The notes: generated by a model not told the origin, from the letters alone. Positions 47,117-58,399 are shown, counted from the first letter of the stretch. The stretch: DNA of 64,000 bases from Candidatus Kaiserbacteria bacterium (GCA_031430855.1 JANPCG010000004.1:10845-74844), one strand, 5' to 3'. Numbers and translations: made by a program.

Positions 47117-47902
47117 TTGATTTATATGTTTGGAATTGCAACCGCATACGCTGCCGAAAGTGGAATTCACGTTAAACTCGCTCCCTATATTGTGGGCGAG
47201 TTCCTGGGCGTGCCAATTACGGCCACAATGCTCACTACGTGGCTTACTATGGTACTCTTGATTGGTGTAGCGATACTTGTTAAATCAAAACTTGCTGTCG
47301 TGCCAGGTAAACTACAAAGTTTATTTGAACTGATTATTGGTTACGTATACGATTATATGAGTGAGGTGCTTGAGAGTCGAACACTGGCTCGAAAATACTT
47401 TCCGATTGTCATGACGATATTCCTCTTCGTGTTGGCCCTTAACTGGGTGGGACTACTTCCGGGGGTAACATCAATTGGTCTGTATGAAGTGCATGACGGG
47501 ACAAAGCACTTCACACCGCTCTTGTACCCGGCTGCTACCGATCTTAATATCACGATTGCTTTTGCTATCATTGCGTTTTTCACTATTGAAATTGCTGGTG
47601 TACTGGCGATTGGGTTCTTTAAGTACACCGGCAAGTTCATTAACTTTAAATCTTTCGGCGGTTTTGCCTTAGGGTTGCTTGAACTAATTTCAGAACTAGC
47701 GCGGTTGGTATCGTTTTCATTCCGTTTGTTTGGAAACATCTTTGCGGGCAAGACCCTCTTGGTGGTAGTCATGTTTTTTGTGCCATTCATTATCCCGGTA
47801 CCACTCGTCGCGTTTGAAGTTTTTGTAGGATTTATCCAGGCATTTGTGTTTGCGATTCTGACCTTGTTTTTCATCAAACTGGCGGTGGAAGAACCACATT
47901 AA
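47117..47902 (+). CDS. atpB: F0F1 ATP synthase subunit a
   Basis: Five TM helices and the conserved Arg region …FSFRLFGNIFAGKTLLVV…. Confidence 0.85.
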   Translation: MIYMFGIATAYAAESGIHVKLAPYIVGEFLGVPITATMLTTWLTMVLLIGVAILVKSKLAVVPGKLQSLFELIIGYVYDYMSEVLESRTLARKYFPIVMTIFLFVLALNWVGLLPGVTSIGLYEVHDGTKHFTPLLYPAATDLNITIAFAIIAFFTIEIAGVLAIGFFKYTGKFINFKSFGGFALGLLELISELARLVSFSFRLFGNIFAGKTLLVVVMFFVPFIIPVPLVAFEVFVGFIQAFVFAILTLFFIKLAVEEPH

Positions 47903-48001
47903 GAAAGTTAGTAAATAATCACGAGTTCCATGGATTCATGTATCTCGTACTTGTTTGGTAACAGTAAATTAATAATTGTAGGACTTACAGAAACGAGTGC
48001 A

Positions 48002-48086
48002 ATTCGAGGCGTCCAAGTAAAATATTACGAGACGTACATTAGTACGGTGAGAAATATTTTACGCCGGACAACAAAGAAGTGCTCCG
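48002..48086 (-). repeat. Intergenic repeat element copy L (reverse orientation) between atpB and atpE
   Basis: The reverse complement reads cggagcacttctttgttgtccggcgtaaaatatttctcaccgtactaatgtacgtctcgtaatattttacttggacgcctcgaat, showing the family core and flanks. Confidence 0.6.
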
Positions 48087-48110
48087 TTTATGTAAGTGCT
48101 GCCTAAGTAA

Positions 48111-48380
<270 letters not shown>

Positions 48381-48490
48381 TTTCCGCGAAATTGGCGAAC
48401 TGCTGCGCTGCGGTAAAATTTTTACTCACCGTGTAAAAATACGGCTCGCAAAATTTTCCTTGCACGCCTTGCATTTCATCCAATTCAGCG
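48381..48490 (+). repeat. Intergenic repeat element copy E, directly 3' of atpE
   Basis: …ctgctgcgctgcggtaaaatttttactcaccgtgtaaaaatacggctcgcaaaattttccttgcacgccttgcatttcatcc. Confidence 0.7.
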
Positions 48491-48589
48491 AAAATTACTC
48501 CTGCTCTGAGCTTGTTTAAAAATAATTTAAACTTAGAGCTAAAGTTGGGAACACGCTCTCATTATTAGTTAAGCTCATTGCAAGATTGT

Positions 48590-48675
48590 CTGAGATTCGC
48601 GAAGTACAAAAGAAATAATTTGAGACGTACTTTTCGTACGACGAAAATAATTTCTTGCAGTACGACAAAGAAGAT
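48590..48675 (+). repeat. Intergenic repeat element copy K, 5' of atpF
   Basis: aataatttgagacgtacttttcgtacgacgaaaataatttcttgcag. It aligns with copy G (aataattttcaacgtatcaaaagtacgtctcaaataattttcctcgc). Confidence 0.55.
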
Positions 48676-48709
48676 TAGATGATATTGCAATGAGCGCTCT
48701 CTCACTGCT

Positions 48710-49162
48710 ATGGAAGATATCGTAAAAGCTTTTGGTATCGACGGTCGTTTGATCTTCATTCAAATCGTAAACTTTGCCATTTTGATGGTGGCCCTGGTGT
48801 ACTTCTTGTACAACCCAATCTTGAACATGCTTAAAGCGCGTGAAGACAAGATTATAGAGGGGATTAAAGATGCCGAAGCCGCCGCCGTAGCAAAAGCTCA
48901 AGCTGACGCTGAGAAAAAAGTCATTTTGACTGACGCTCATACTGAAGCAGTGGCGGTAAATGCCCGTGCTAAATCAGCGGCGGATGCGACCGCGAGCGAC
49001 ATTGTGGCAAAGGCGCAAAGTGACGCTGCTGCAGTAATTGCGGAAGCGGCGGTGAAAGCCGAACAGTTAAAGGCACAGGCCGAACGCGATAGTGCTGCCG
49101 AGATTGCCAAAACTGCCATTCTGGCAGCTGAGAAAATCCTGACCCAAAAGAACGCATCATAA
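48710..49162 (+). CDS. atpF: F0F1 ATP synthase subunit b
   Basis: Single N-terminal TM helix followed by a long Ala/Lys/Glu-rich coiled-coil (AEAAAVAKAQADAEKK…). Confidence 0.8.
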   Translation: MEDIVKAFGIDGRLIFIQIVNFAILMVALVYFLYNPILNMLKAREDKIIEGIKDAEAAAVAKAQADAEKKVILTDAHTEAVAVNARAKSAADATASDIVAKAQSDAAAVIAEAAVKAEQLKAQAERDSAAEIAKTAILAAEKILTQKNAS

Positions 49163-49165
49163 TTT

Positions 49166-49549
49166 ATGAAAGATACCTACGTTCATGCAGTATTAGAACT
49201 GTTATCTTCCGGTGAATCGGCTGAGACTGTTTTAGTAAACCTCAAAAAGGTTCTGGCAGCGCGGGGACATAGTAAATTACACGCCAGCATACTTAGCAGT
49301 CTTGCTACCAAGCTGCAATTGGAGACAGAGCACAATCTACCAAAAGTTGTACTAGCTAAAGAGGGGAGTGTCAGTGAAGCTGAAATCAAACGTGCCCTGA
49401 GTACGCTCAGTGCACCAAATGATAATTATAGTGTCACTTATAATCCTAATATTATTGGTGGACTCATCGCTACCTTTCAAAGTAAACAACTAGACCAAAG
49501 TTACCAAACCAAGCTACGTGAATTATATCAATCAATTATCACCGCCTAA
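49166..49549 (+). CDS. atpH: F0F1 ATP synthase subunit delta (OSCP), shortened form (127 aa)
   Basis: The C-terminal …IGGLIATFQSKQLDQSYQTKLRELYQS matches the delta C-terminal domain, and the gene sits between b and alpha. It is about 50 aa shorter than the typical roughly 177 aa. Confidence 0.7.
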   Translation: MKDTYVHAVLELLSSGESAETVLVNLKKVLAARGHSKLHASILSSLATKLQLETEHNLPKVVLAKEGSVSEAEIKRALSTLSAPNDNYSVTYNPNIIGGLIATFQSKQLDQSYQTKLRELYQSIITA

Positions 49550-49562
49550 TTATTATAAATAT

Positions 49563-51128
49563 ATGAGCACCACCATTATTGACCGAATTAAAAAAGAAAT
49601 CGCCGCTTTGGATGTTACTGTTACCCCAAAAGAAATAGGTACGGTAACTGCCGTATCTGACGGTATCATTGAAATCTCTGGCTTAACTTCAGCCAAGGTG
49701 ATGGAAATGGTGGTGTTTGGTGTGGGTGAGGGAGCGACTCTCGAAACTGCCCTCAAGCAAACAACTGTTCTCTATGGTCTCGTACTTAACCTCGAGGAGG
49801 ATGTGGTGAAGGTGGTGGTGCTTGGTGAAAGTGCTGGCATCCGTGAAGGGATGACGGTGTTCCGTACCAACACGCTACTTTCTGTACCTGTTGGTGATGG
49901 CATTGTCGGGCGAGTGGTCAATGCCCTTGGTGAAATGATTGATGGTAAAGGTGCAATCACGACTGATAAAAACATGCCGATTGAACGGGTAGCCTATGGC
50001 GTGATGGATCGTTCATCGGTAAACGAACCAATTCACACGGGGATCAAAGCAATTGATTCTATGATTCCAATTGGACGTGGTCAGCGTGAACTTATTATTG
50101 GTGACCGTGGTACTGGGAAAACAACCATTGCGATTGATACTATCATCAACCAAAAGTACGAACCAAAAGAGAAACGACCAATTTGTATTTATGTAGCTAT
50201 TGGTCAGAAGCGTTCAAAAACTGCCAACATCATGGCCCAGCTCGAGAAAGCGGGTGCGATGGAATACACGACTATCATCGCCACGTCAGCGTCTGAAGCT
50301 TCGCCACTCTTGTTCCTTGCTCCATTTACGGGCATGGCGATTGGTGAGTACTTTATGGAGCAAGGTCGTGATGTTTTGATTATTCTTGACGACCTGAGTA
50401 AACACGCGGTAGCGTACCGACAGATGTCACTCTTGCTCCGTCGCCCACCAGGACGTGAAGCCTACCCCGGAGACATCTTTTACCTTCACTCACGTCTCCT
50501 CGAGCGATCAGCAAAATTATCAGCCGAACTCGGCGGCGGCTCAATCACTGCCTTGCCAATTATCGAAACCCAAGAAGGTGACGTGTCGGCGTACATTCCA
50601 ACCAACGTCATTTCAATTACTGACGGGCAGATTTTCCTTGAAACTGATCTCTTTAACAAGGGTATTCGTCCAGCCTTGAACGTCGGTATTTCAGTATCGC
50701 GTGTGGGATCAAGTGCCCAAACCAAAGCGATGAAGGCGGTGGCGGGGAAGATTCGTCTTGAGCTTGCTCAGTTCCGCGAACTGGAAGCCTTTATGCAATT
50801 TGCCTCTGATCTAGATGCCGATACAAAAGCTCGTATCGACAGTGGTCGCAAATATGTAGAGATGCTCAAGCAAACGCAAAACAACCCGATGCCGTTCTAC
50901 AAACAAGTGGTATCTATTTATGGAGCGAACACCGGATTGTTCGATGGAGCTGACCCAAAAAATGTGCGCGCGATTGAAGACTCGTACCAAGCCTTCATCC
51001 TTCGTGACCGCAAGGACATGCTCGATACTATCGAAACAACCCGCGCTCTGTCTGACGAACTCAAGGCCGACCTTGATACATCAATTGTTGATTTCAAAGA
51101 AGCGAATAGTAACTTGTACACTGCGTAA
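49563..51128 (+). CDS. atpA: F0F1 ATP synthase subunit alpha
   Basis: Walker A GDRGTGKT and extensive alpha-subunit identity (…ELIIGDRGTGKTTIAIDTIINQ…, AYRQMSLLLRRPPGREAYPGDIFYLHSRLLERSAK). The preferred start is 49563 (MSTTIIDRIKKEI…). Confidence 0.95.
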   Translation: MSTTIIDRIKKEIAALDVTVTPKEIGTVTAVSDGIIEISGLTSAKVMEMVVFGVGEGATLETALKQTTVLYGLVLNLEEDVVKVVVLGESAGIREGMTVFRTNTLLSVPVGDGIVGRVVNALGEMIDGKGAITTDKNMPIERVAYGVMDRSSVNEPIHTGIKAIDSMIPIGRGQRELIIGDRGTGKTTIAIDTIINQKYEPKEKRPICIYVAIGQKRSKTANIMAQLEKAGAMEYTTIIATSASEASPLLFLAPFTGMAIGEYFMEQGRDVLIILDDLSKHAVAYRQMSLLLRRPPGREAYPGDIFYLHSRLLERSAKLSAELGGGSITALPIIETQEGDVSAYIPTNVISITDGQIFLETDLFNKGIRPALNVGISVSRVGSSAQTKAMKAVAGKIRLELAQFRELEAFMQFASDLDADTKARIDSGRKYVEMLKQTQNNPMPFYKQVVSIYGANTGLFDGADPKNVRAIEDSYQAFILRDRKDMLDTIETTRALSDELKADLDTSIVDFKEANSNLYTA

Positions 51129-51140
51129 TAAAATACTACT

Positions 51141-52046
51141 GTGGCACTCAAACAAATTAAAAACAAAATAATTTCGACCAAGAAAACTGGTAAGGTAACC
51201 AAAGCCATGGAGGCGGTGTCGGCAGTTAAAATGCGCAAGAGTCAGGCGCGTGCCTTTGATAGTCGTCCGTATATACATGCGGCGATGCGGATTTTAGCGC
51301 GGCTTTCACAATCGGGGGATGTGACAACCCATCCACTTGCGCAAAAGCGAGATACTGCGAAGAAACTAGTGGTGATGGTCACGAGTGACAAAGGTCTAGC
51401 GGGGAGCGTTAATAGTGCCATTATTAAAACGGTTGAGATGATGGTGCGAGCAGGTGAGCAGTTTGACGTCATAACGATTGGTCGCAAAGCGACTGAGTTT
51501 GCTGCGCGAGCTAACCTCGCGAATCTTGGTCAATTCAATAATGTGAGCGATGACGTAACAGTTGCAGATGTATACGCCATGGCTGATGTAGCCTTATCTT
51601 CATACAAAGCCGCGGAAACTTACAGCAAAGTTGAGGTAATCTACCAGAACTTTATCTCAACGTTTGAACAAGAACCAACCATACGTCAAATTCTCCCCCT
51701 TGATCCTGCCGAAATTCACTACATCATGCAAGGTATCAAACCCAAGGTCGGGAAATTCAGTGACTCAGTTGTATCGGCAGATAACGTCATTAATTACGAA
51801 ATCGAACCAACCGCTTCCGCTGTGCTTGATGTCCTCATTCCACAGCTTGTCCAAATTATGCTTTTCCATGCCTTACTTGAGAGTAAGGCGTCCGAGCATA
51901 GCGCCCGTATGGTCGCTATGAAAAATGCCACCGACAAGAGTAAGGAAGTAACAAAGTTCCTAACGCTAAAATACAACAAAGCCCGCCAAGCTGCGATTAC
52001 GGCTGAGGTGGCTGAAATTACTGGCGGTATGGAGGCACTTAAGTAA
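51141..52046 (+). CDS. atpG: F0F1 ATP synthase subunit gamma
   Basis: N-terminal MALKQIKNKIISTKKTGKVTKAMEAVSAVKMRK and C-terminal …YNKARQAAITAEVAEITGGMEAL gamma signatures. Confidence 0.9.
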   Translation: MALKQIKNKIISTKKTGKVTKAMEAVSAVKMRKSQARAFDSRPYIHAAMRILARLSQSGDVTTHPLAQKRDTAKKLVVMVTSDKGLAGSVNSAIIKTVEMMVRAGEQFDVITIGRKATEFAARANLANLGQFNNVSDDVTVADVYAMADVALSSYKAAETYSKVEVIYQNFISTFEQEPTIRQILPLDPAEIHYIMQGIKPKVGKFSDSVVSADNVINYEIEPTASAVLDVLIPQLVQIMLFHALLESKASEHSARMVAMKNATDKSKEVTKFLTLKYNKARQAAITAEVAEITGGMEALK

Positions 52047-52050
52047 TAAT

Positions 52051-52374
52051 ATGAAAAATAAATCAACACAAACTCATATTTTTAATATAGTACTCGATGA
52101 CATGTATTTTTTTCATATCGCCGGACTGTCTACGTTGGCATGGATTTTTTCGACAATTCTCTTGATATTTATCTTAGGTAAAGAAGTAGTTGCACTATAT
52201 TTGATACTAGCTTTTACGTACCCAATTGCTTTAATAATTCAGTTGTTTCTTTTATATACAGTTTCGTATTTTAAGAAAAAAAATATGATGAACCAACTAA
52301 AATTTGCATCACTTTTGTCTATAGCCTGTTTGCCAATAGCGGTTCTCGTTTCTTACATAATGGTTTTCATGTAA
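52051..52374 (+). CDS. hypothetical small membrane protein inserted between atpG and atpD (AT-rich)
   Basis: 107-aa ORF with three hydrophobic segments. By eye it is markedly more AT-rich than the flanking atp genes. No ribosome-binding site. It breaks the conserved atpG-atpD adjacency. Confidence 0.4.
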   Translation: MKNKSTQTHIFNIVLDDMYFFHIAGLSTLAWIFSTILLIFILGKEVVALYLILAFTYPIALIIQLFLLYTVSYFKKKNMMNQLKFASLLSIACLPIAVLVSYIMVFM

Positions 52375-52383
52375 CGGTTGTAG

Positions 52384-53868
<1,485 letters not shown>

Positions 53869-53874
53869 CAATAG

Positions 53875-53980
53875 TGGGCAATCTGCCTTGTTGTACTTCG
53901 CGAAATAACTTTCATCGTATAAAAATACGCCTCAAATGATTTCACTCGCACGCCTCGCATCTCACCCACTCTAGCTCCAC
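53875..53980 (+). repeat. Intergenic repeat element copy F, directly 3' of atpD
   Basis: …ctgccttgttgtacttcgcgaaataactttcatcgtataaaaatacgcctcaaatgatttcactcgcacgcctcgcatc… (CGTAT/ATACG variant of the core hairpin). Confidence 0.65.
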
Positions 53981-54018
53981 CTGATTTCTTGGCAACTAAA
54001 AATAATGTTAAAAATATT

Positions 54019-54264
54019 ATGGCAAAACTATTAAAATTGACGATATCTAAGGTTGATGCTCCCGTATTTGACGGGGACGTGGTTTCGGTGACGGTCCCCG
54101 GAACTGAAGGGGAGATGACGATTCTTGCTGACCACACGGCGCTTATTTCCGTGCTAAAGCCTGGAATGATTACGGTGGTGACAGAAGGAGGTGCTAAAGA
54201 GACTTTTGAAACAAGTAGTGGAACAATCGAAATCAGTAACAACCACGCTACTGTTTTAATCTAG
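54019..54264 (+). CDS. atpC: F0F1 ATP synthase subunit epsilon, N-terminal beta-sandwich domain only (81 aa)
   Basis: MAKLLKLTISKVDAPVFDGDVVSVTVPGTEGEMTILADHTALISVLKPGMITV… is the typical epsilon N-terminal domain. The C-terminal regulatory helices are absent. The track's 53989 start is an alternative. Confidence 0.7.
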   Translation: MAKLLKLTISKVDAPVFDGDVVSVTVPGTEGEMTILADHTALISVLKPGMITVVTEGGAKETFETSSGTIEISNNHATVLI

Positions 54265-54375
54265 TTTACCTACCAATACATTCATAAAAAAACGGGTAAA
54301 GTAACGCCTGGTTTTTTGTTTGAAATAAAGGTTTATGCCGCACGTATTAATATTATAACAACAATATAAATATTT

Positions 54376-55071
54376 ATGGATAAAAATAAAGTCGCCATGA
54401 TAGCGGTTGGAGCTTTTATATTAGGTGGTTTGGGTGTGGCGGCAGTCGGAAATATGGGCGGACATGGCTGGAATCGTGGTTATGAAAATGATAGCGGTCG
54501 AGAGTGGGGGATGGGTGATATGATGCATGGCGACTATCGAACTGTAGACCGCATAGATGATACTTCTAACAAAAATGATACAGGTATGATGGGTGACAGC
54601 AATATGGGAATGGGGAACATGCACGATATGAATATGATGGTGCAAAGTGAACGAGAATTTCTCCAGGCGATGATACCTCATCACGAGGAAGCAATTTCAA
54701 CCGCCAAAGAAGTAGTGGAGCGTGGAGGGTCTACGGCAGAAATAAAGACACTCGCCGAAAATATTATTAAGGCCCAAGAAAAAGAAGTGCTGGATATGAA
54801 AACGTGGTACAAAAATTGGTATGGTACTGACTACGTTGCTGATGGAAAGTATAAGCCAATGATGCGAACACTTTCTAATCTTTCTGGAGCTGAACTGGAT
54901 AAGGTGTTCTTAAGTGATATGATCATGCACCATATGGGAGCGATTATGATGGCGCAAAGTGTCTCATCTCACATTGAACATCAAGAGATGACAACACTCG
55001 CTCAGAATATCAAAACAACCCAAAGTGATGAGATAACACAGATGCAAAATATCCTTAAAACGTTAAACTAA
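54376..55071 (+). CDS. DUF305 family protein with a Met/His-rich N-terminal region (putative copper-handling), exported or membrane-anchored
   Basis: N-terminal hydrophobic segment. A Met-rich stretch (MGDMMHGDY…MMGDSNMGMGNMHDMNMM). Two DUF305 repeats with HH motifs (FLQAMIPHHEEAI…; FLSDMIMHHMGAIMMAQ). Confidence 0.65.
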   Translation: MDKNKVAMIAVGAFILGGLGVAAVGNMGGHGWNRGYENDSGREWGMGDMMHGDYRTVDRIDDTSNKNDTGMMGDSNMGMGNMHDMNMMVQSEREFLQAMIPHHEEAISTAKEVVERGGSTAEIKTLAENIIKAQEKEVLDMKTWYKNWYGTDYVADGKYKPMMRTLSNLSGAELDKVFLSDMIMHHMGAIMMAQSVSSHIEHQEMTTLAQNIKTTQSDEITQMQNILKTLN

Positions 55072-55085
55072 CGTTTTTAAAAAAC

Positions 55086-55120
55086 AAAAAACCTTTCAGG
55101 TAACTGAAAGGTTTTTTGTT
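55086..55120. terminator. Bidirectional terminator
   Basis: aaaacctttcag-gtaa-ctgaaaggtttt followed by ttgtt. Confidence 0.65.
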
Positions 55121-55140
55121 AAAAAGATTTTTGAGGTTAT

Positions 55141-55671
55141 TTAGAGAGCAATACTGTCAGCGGAGGTCTTCTCCAGTCCTTCTTGTTTTGGAGTCTCAAC
55201 TTTACACGATGTTTTTGCGGTATTTTTGAATGTGTCCCACGCAGCTTTACGACTATTTTTTAGTTGTTCACTGACTGATTTCTTGTCAGTCTTCCAGGTC
55301 TTCCACGCAGTGGTGAGTGCTTGATTTCGTTCATTAGCGTCAGCAATATTCCAGCCAACTACGAGACTATTTCTTCGATTGGATAGTCCGGTAGCCATTT
55401 TATCGCTAAAAGTTGTCCAGGCGGTAGCGATACTTGCTTCACGAACACTTACTGCCGTAGCCATACAGGTTCGATCAGCGGTACTGCTCGCGTTTTTAAC
55501 TTTTGGTGTACTACTCGCTTTATCACCCCGCATTTTTAGTGAATCAAATTGGGCTGAAAGTGTTTGTAGTTGATTGGTTAGTGTTTGTATATCGAGTGTC
55601 GCCGCTTTTGTCTGTGCTGGCATAATCAGCAAAGCGAAAAACGCAAAACTGAAAACAATGTACTTTGTCAT
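55141..55671 (-). CDS. exported hypothetical protein (signal peptide, Ala/Thr/Lys-rich)
   Basis: MTKYIVFSFAFFALLIMPAQTKA signal peptide and a repeated WKT/WDTFKNTAKT-type motif. Confidence 0.5.
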   Translation of the reverse strand: MTKYIVFSFAFFALLIMPAQTKAATLDIQTLTNQLQTLSAQFDSLKMRGDKASSTPKVKNASSTADRTCMATAVSVREASIATAWTTFSDKMATGLSNRRNSLVVGWNIADANERNQALTTAWKTWKTDKKSVSEQLKNSRKAAWDTFKNTAKTSCKVETPKQEGLEKTSADSIAL

Positions 55672-55959
55672 ATTGATTATGGTTAATTGATAATAAACCT
55701 TTACCTATTATACAGTAAGGGTGAGTAATCTTTGAAATAAAAGCCCAAACGAGTAACTTTTTAGTTACATAAAGGGTTAAAATTAGTATGAAAATAAGAG
55801 TATCATCACAGAAAACTGTACTTTTGGCGTTCACGAGCTTTTTTTGCCTACTTTATATTATGGATTTTTTCGTTCCTGAAGAAAAAATTTACCCCAACCC
55901 TGCCGCTTATATCGAAGGAGCAACGCCGCCTCGTACTGAAATCTGGGAGATGTACTAAT

Positions 55960-56826
55960 TTATTTTTGACATCCGGGGCAATAATGGGTTCCTCTCCCAG
56001 CAGCTCTGATTTTCACAATCAATGTGCCGCAGCGTGAACAGGGTGTCTTTTGTTTCCCAAATACGTTCAGGTAATCAGTAAAATTGCCGGCGTCTCCGCC
56101 GGTGTCAGCAAAATGCTGGAAGGTAGTACCGCCTACCACAATGGCCTCGTTCATCACGTTACCAGCTGACTCCGCTATGAGTGTTGCTTCGGCTTTGGTG
56201 ACTCGATTTGCTCTTCTCGTTGGACGTACCCGGGCGCGCCAGAGGGCTTCGTCTACGTAAATATTCCCCAAGCCGGCAATAAATGATTGGTCTAAAAGAG
56301 CTGCTTTCACGAGCGCTTTCTTTTTTCGGAGTGCGGTGACAAAGGAGGGGGTGTCAAAGTCTGGGTCAATCGGCTCGGGTCCGAACCCTTTACGGGCAAG
56401 GGTAACGAGTGCCGCGGTGGCGAGTTTGGTGTATCCAAATAGGCGCATATCGTTAAAATAAAGCTGACTTTGATCACTAAAGTGAAAAGCGACCCGGGTA
56501 TGCCGGTTGGGGAGGTGTGTACTCGAAGATTCTGTCATACTGTGGCCGCCCCCGGTAATAGATCCGCCTTTAGCCACGTAAAAAAATTGTCCGGTCATTT
56601 TGAGGTGAGCAAGTATAAATATGTCCTCTTCGTTGGTAAAACTAATAATCAGAAGTTTACCGACGCGATCGATATGAGCAATCGTTTTATGTGCAAGGGT
56701 TTGGACGAAACTCTCATCGTGTTCAATTGTTTTACTGTGGTAGACCGTAATGTCACTGATTGTCTTACCAATAATTTTCCGCATTAATTGGAGGCGTACC
56801 GTCTCAACTTCAGGGAGTTCTGGCAT
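55960..56826 (-). CDS. mutM: formamidopyrimidine-DNA glycosylase (Fpg/MutM family)
   Basis: N-terminal MPELPEVETVR (catalytic Pro2/Glu3) and C-terminal zinc finger CSRCGTLIVKIRAAGRGTHYCPGCQ. The track start at 56844 adds 6 residues before the obligatory N-terminal Met-Pro. Confidence 0.85.
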   Translation of the reverse strand: MPELPEVETVRLQLMRKIIGKTISDITVYHSKTIEHDESFVQTLAHKTIAHIDRVGKLLIISFTNEEDIFILAHLKMTGQFFYVAKGGSITGGGHSMTESSSTHLPNRHTRVAFHFSDQSQLYFNDMRLFGYTKLATAALVTLARKGFGPEPIDPDFDTPSFVTALRKKKALVKAALLDQSFIAGLGNIYVDEALWRARVRPTRRANRVTKAEATLIAESAGNVMNEAIVVGGTTFQHFADTGGDAGNFTDYLNVFGKQKTPCSRCGTLIVKIRAAGRGTHYCPGCQK

Positions 56827-56993
56827 AGTGACACTATTGTACACAACATTACAAAAACGAGTACAAATCTTATATAGAATGGCTTGAAATAACAGTCAAA
56901 AACTGATCGAAAAATGTGCACCACGAGGAAATATAATGACCTCTGTTGACGAGTGGTAAGCATTTTGCTGTCAGATTTGGCTGTTAGTTCTGC

Positions 56994-57047
56994 CAAGCAA
57001 GCCACTTTATTACTGTGTACATTAGTCCTCTGTAATAAAGTGGCTTG
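56994..57047. other. Long perfect stem-loop (18-bp stem) in an orphan 280-nt intergenic region
   Basis: agcaagccactttattac - 18 nt loop - gtaataaagtggcttgct. A second imperfect hairpin plus a T-run follows at about 57075-57125. Confidence 0.4.
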
Positions 57048-57128
57048 CTATTGTGGTTCTCTATTAGATGGGTTCTACCCAAAAAACAGAGCCGTAGAGA
57101 CCCTGTTTTAGCTGGTATTTATGTAGTA

Positions 57129-57380
57129 TTAGGTTCTTCGCAATGCTCCAATGATCGTAATGAGTATAACTGATCCTACGATAGCAACCATAAAACTATA
57201 TAGGTCAAAACCGTTTACGGATGGTTGTCCAAGACTGCTCATTATCCAGCCTCCTAAAACTGCACCAATAATTCCGATGACAACATTTAAGATGATACCT
57301 TGTTGATTATCTGTCCCCATAATTATCGAGGCTACCCATCCGACAATTCCCCCAAAAAATATCCACAATAAAATTCCCAT
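57129..57380 (-). CDS. GlsB/YeaQ/YmgE-family (transglycosylase-associated) small membrane protein
   Basis: MGILLWIFFGGIVGWVASIIMG…VVIGIIGAVLGGWI… is the characteristic Gly-zipper TM pattern. Confidence 0.7.
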   Translation of the reverse strand: MGILLWIFFGGIVGWVASIIMGTDNQQGIILNVVIGIIGAVLGGWIMSSLGQPSVNGFDLYSFMVAIVGSVILITIIGALRRT

Positions 57381-57403
57381 ATGTATATAGTTATGTGTAA
57401 AGG

Positions 57404-57757
57404 TTACTCCTGATTCCGTAAGCGAGCGCTTGCTTCAGGGGTGCTAATATCTTCACCCATGAGAAAGAGATTTATGATTCCAGCCGCAATCACAAAGTAG
57501 ATGATGGCGGCGAGAATGGTGGTCCATTCAAAGATTGTTCCCGCTGCATAAGTGACACGAAATACAGCGGTAAATGGAGCTACGAGGATGTCAGTCAGAC
57601 TATAGATGACGTTCGTAAATGTGGCAGAGCCGTTAGCTGCTAACAACTTAAGTACGAAGCGTAGCGCGAGTAGTATCTCGATTGCACCGACGATAAACCA
57701 AACTATTTGTGTTCCCAAGTACACTGACGGTGCGTTTGGAGAAGAATATGTAGTCAT
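57404..57757 (-). CDS. YggT-like small membrane protein
   Basis: …ALRFVLKLLAANGSATFTNVIYSLTDILVAPFTAVF… resembles the YggT/Ycf19 repeat. Confidence 0.45.
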   Translation of the reverse strand: MTTYSSPNAPSVYLGTQIVWFIVGAIEILLALRFVLKLLAANGSATFTNVIYSLTDILVAPFTAVFRVTYAAGTIFEWTTILAAIIYFVIAAGIINLFLMGEDISTPEASARLRNQE

Positions 57758-57808
57758 ACAATAATAAATTAAGAGCTAATAAAAACAGGAACTCAACATA
57801 GAGAATGA

Positions 57809-58399
57809 TTATTTCATATGTTTGAGCTCTTCAAATTCAGCCCGCAGTTTAGCTAGACTCTGTTCAAAGTCGTCAGCCCGTTTTGTGTAAGCGGCTTCGA
57901 GCTCGCTTGCGTGTCCAGCAAATGAATCAGCTATGTCCATCATTTCCGTAATATCTTCCATGGCGAGCAGAATAATTGGCGGAATATCAGTTTGACCGGC
58001 ATCATTTTTGTAATGAATTTGTCTAGCGTTAAGAATCATGATCTTGCGACCAATCGAAGGAAAATCATGGGTTACTTTAAAGCCCTTAAAAAATGTATTT
58101 TTCGGGAGAATATCTTCCAGGAGGCGCCGTAGTTCGGGAATATCCCATTGACCGTTACCAAGTTTATACACCAGAGTATTTTCGGTATCTTTTAATGCAA
58201 CTTGAAAAGTCTGATAAAACGATTCATTCGCCGCAAGGACACAGAGGTTTTTATCGAGAATAATAACTGGTTCTCGAACCACATCAACAATTGTTTTAAT
58301 GTAAATCCAACTTCCTTCCCACATTTGGGTAAAGAAGTCGACACCACTTGCAAGGTTCGTATCGTTTTGAGTCAGAGGCATTTTTGATTGAATGTCCAT
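57809..58399 (-). CDS. PAS-like domain protein with a C-terminal coiled-coil (paralogue of 63078..63743)
   Basis: Shares …ILD.(N/D)L.V..AN..FYQ.FQV….TEN…Y.LGNGQWDIP.LR.LLE.ILP… with the other copy. Divergent from the ECF sigma factor gene. Confidence 0.55.
   Translation of the reverse strand: MDIQSKMPLTQNDTNLASGVDFFTQMWEGSWIYIKTIVDVVREPVIILDKNLCVLAANESFYQTFQVALKDTENTLVYKLGNGQWDIPELRRLLEDILPKNTFFKGFKVTHDFPSIGRKIMILNARQIHYKNDAGQTDIPPIILLAMEDITEMMDIADSFAGHASELEAAYTKRADDFEQSLAKLRAEFEELKHMK

Noticed and set aside
55788-55958. 56-aa + strand ORF (MKIRVSSQKTVLLAFTSFFCLLYIMDFFVPEEKIYPNPAAYIEGATPPRTEIWEMY) upstream of mutM
   Set aside because: It has a signal-peptide-like start but only a weak, distant AAGGG upstream, no promoter match and no conservation cue. 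There is insufficient evidence to call it, though a small exported peptide remains possible.
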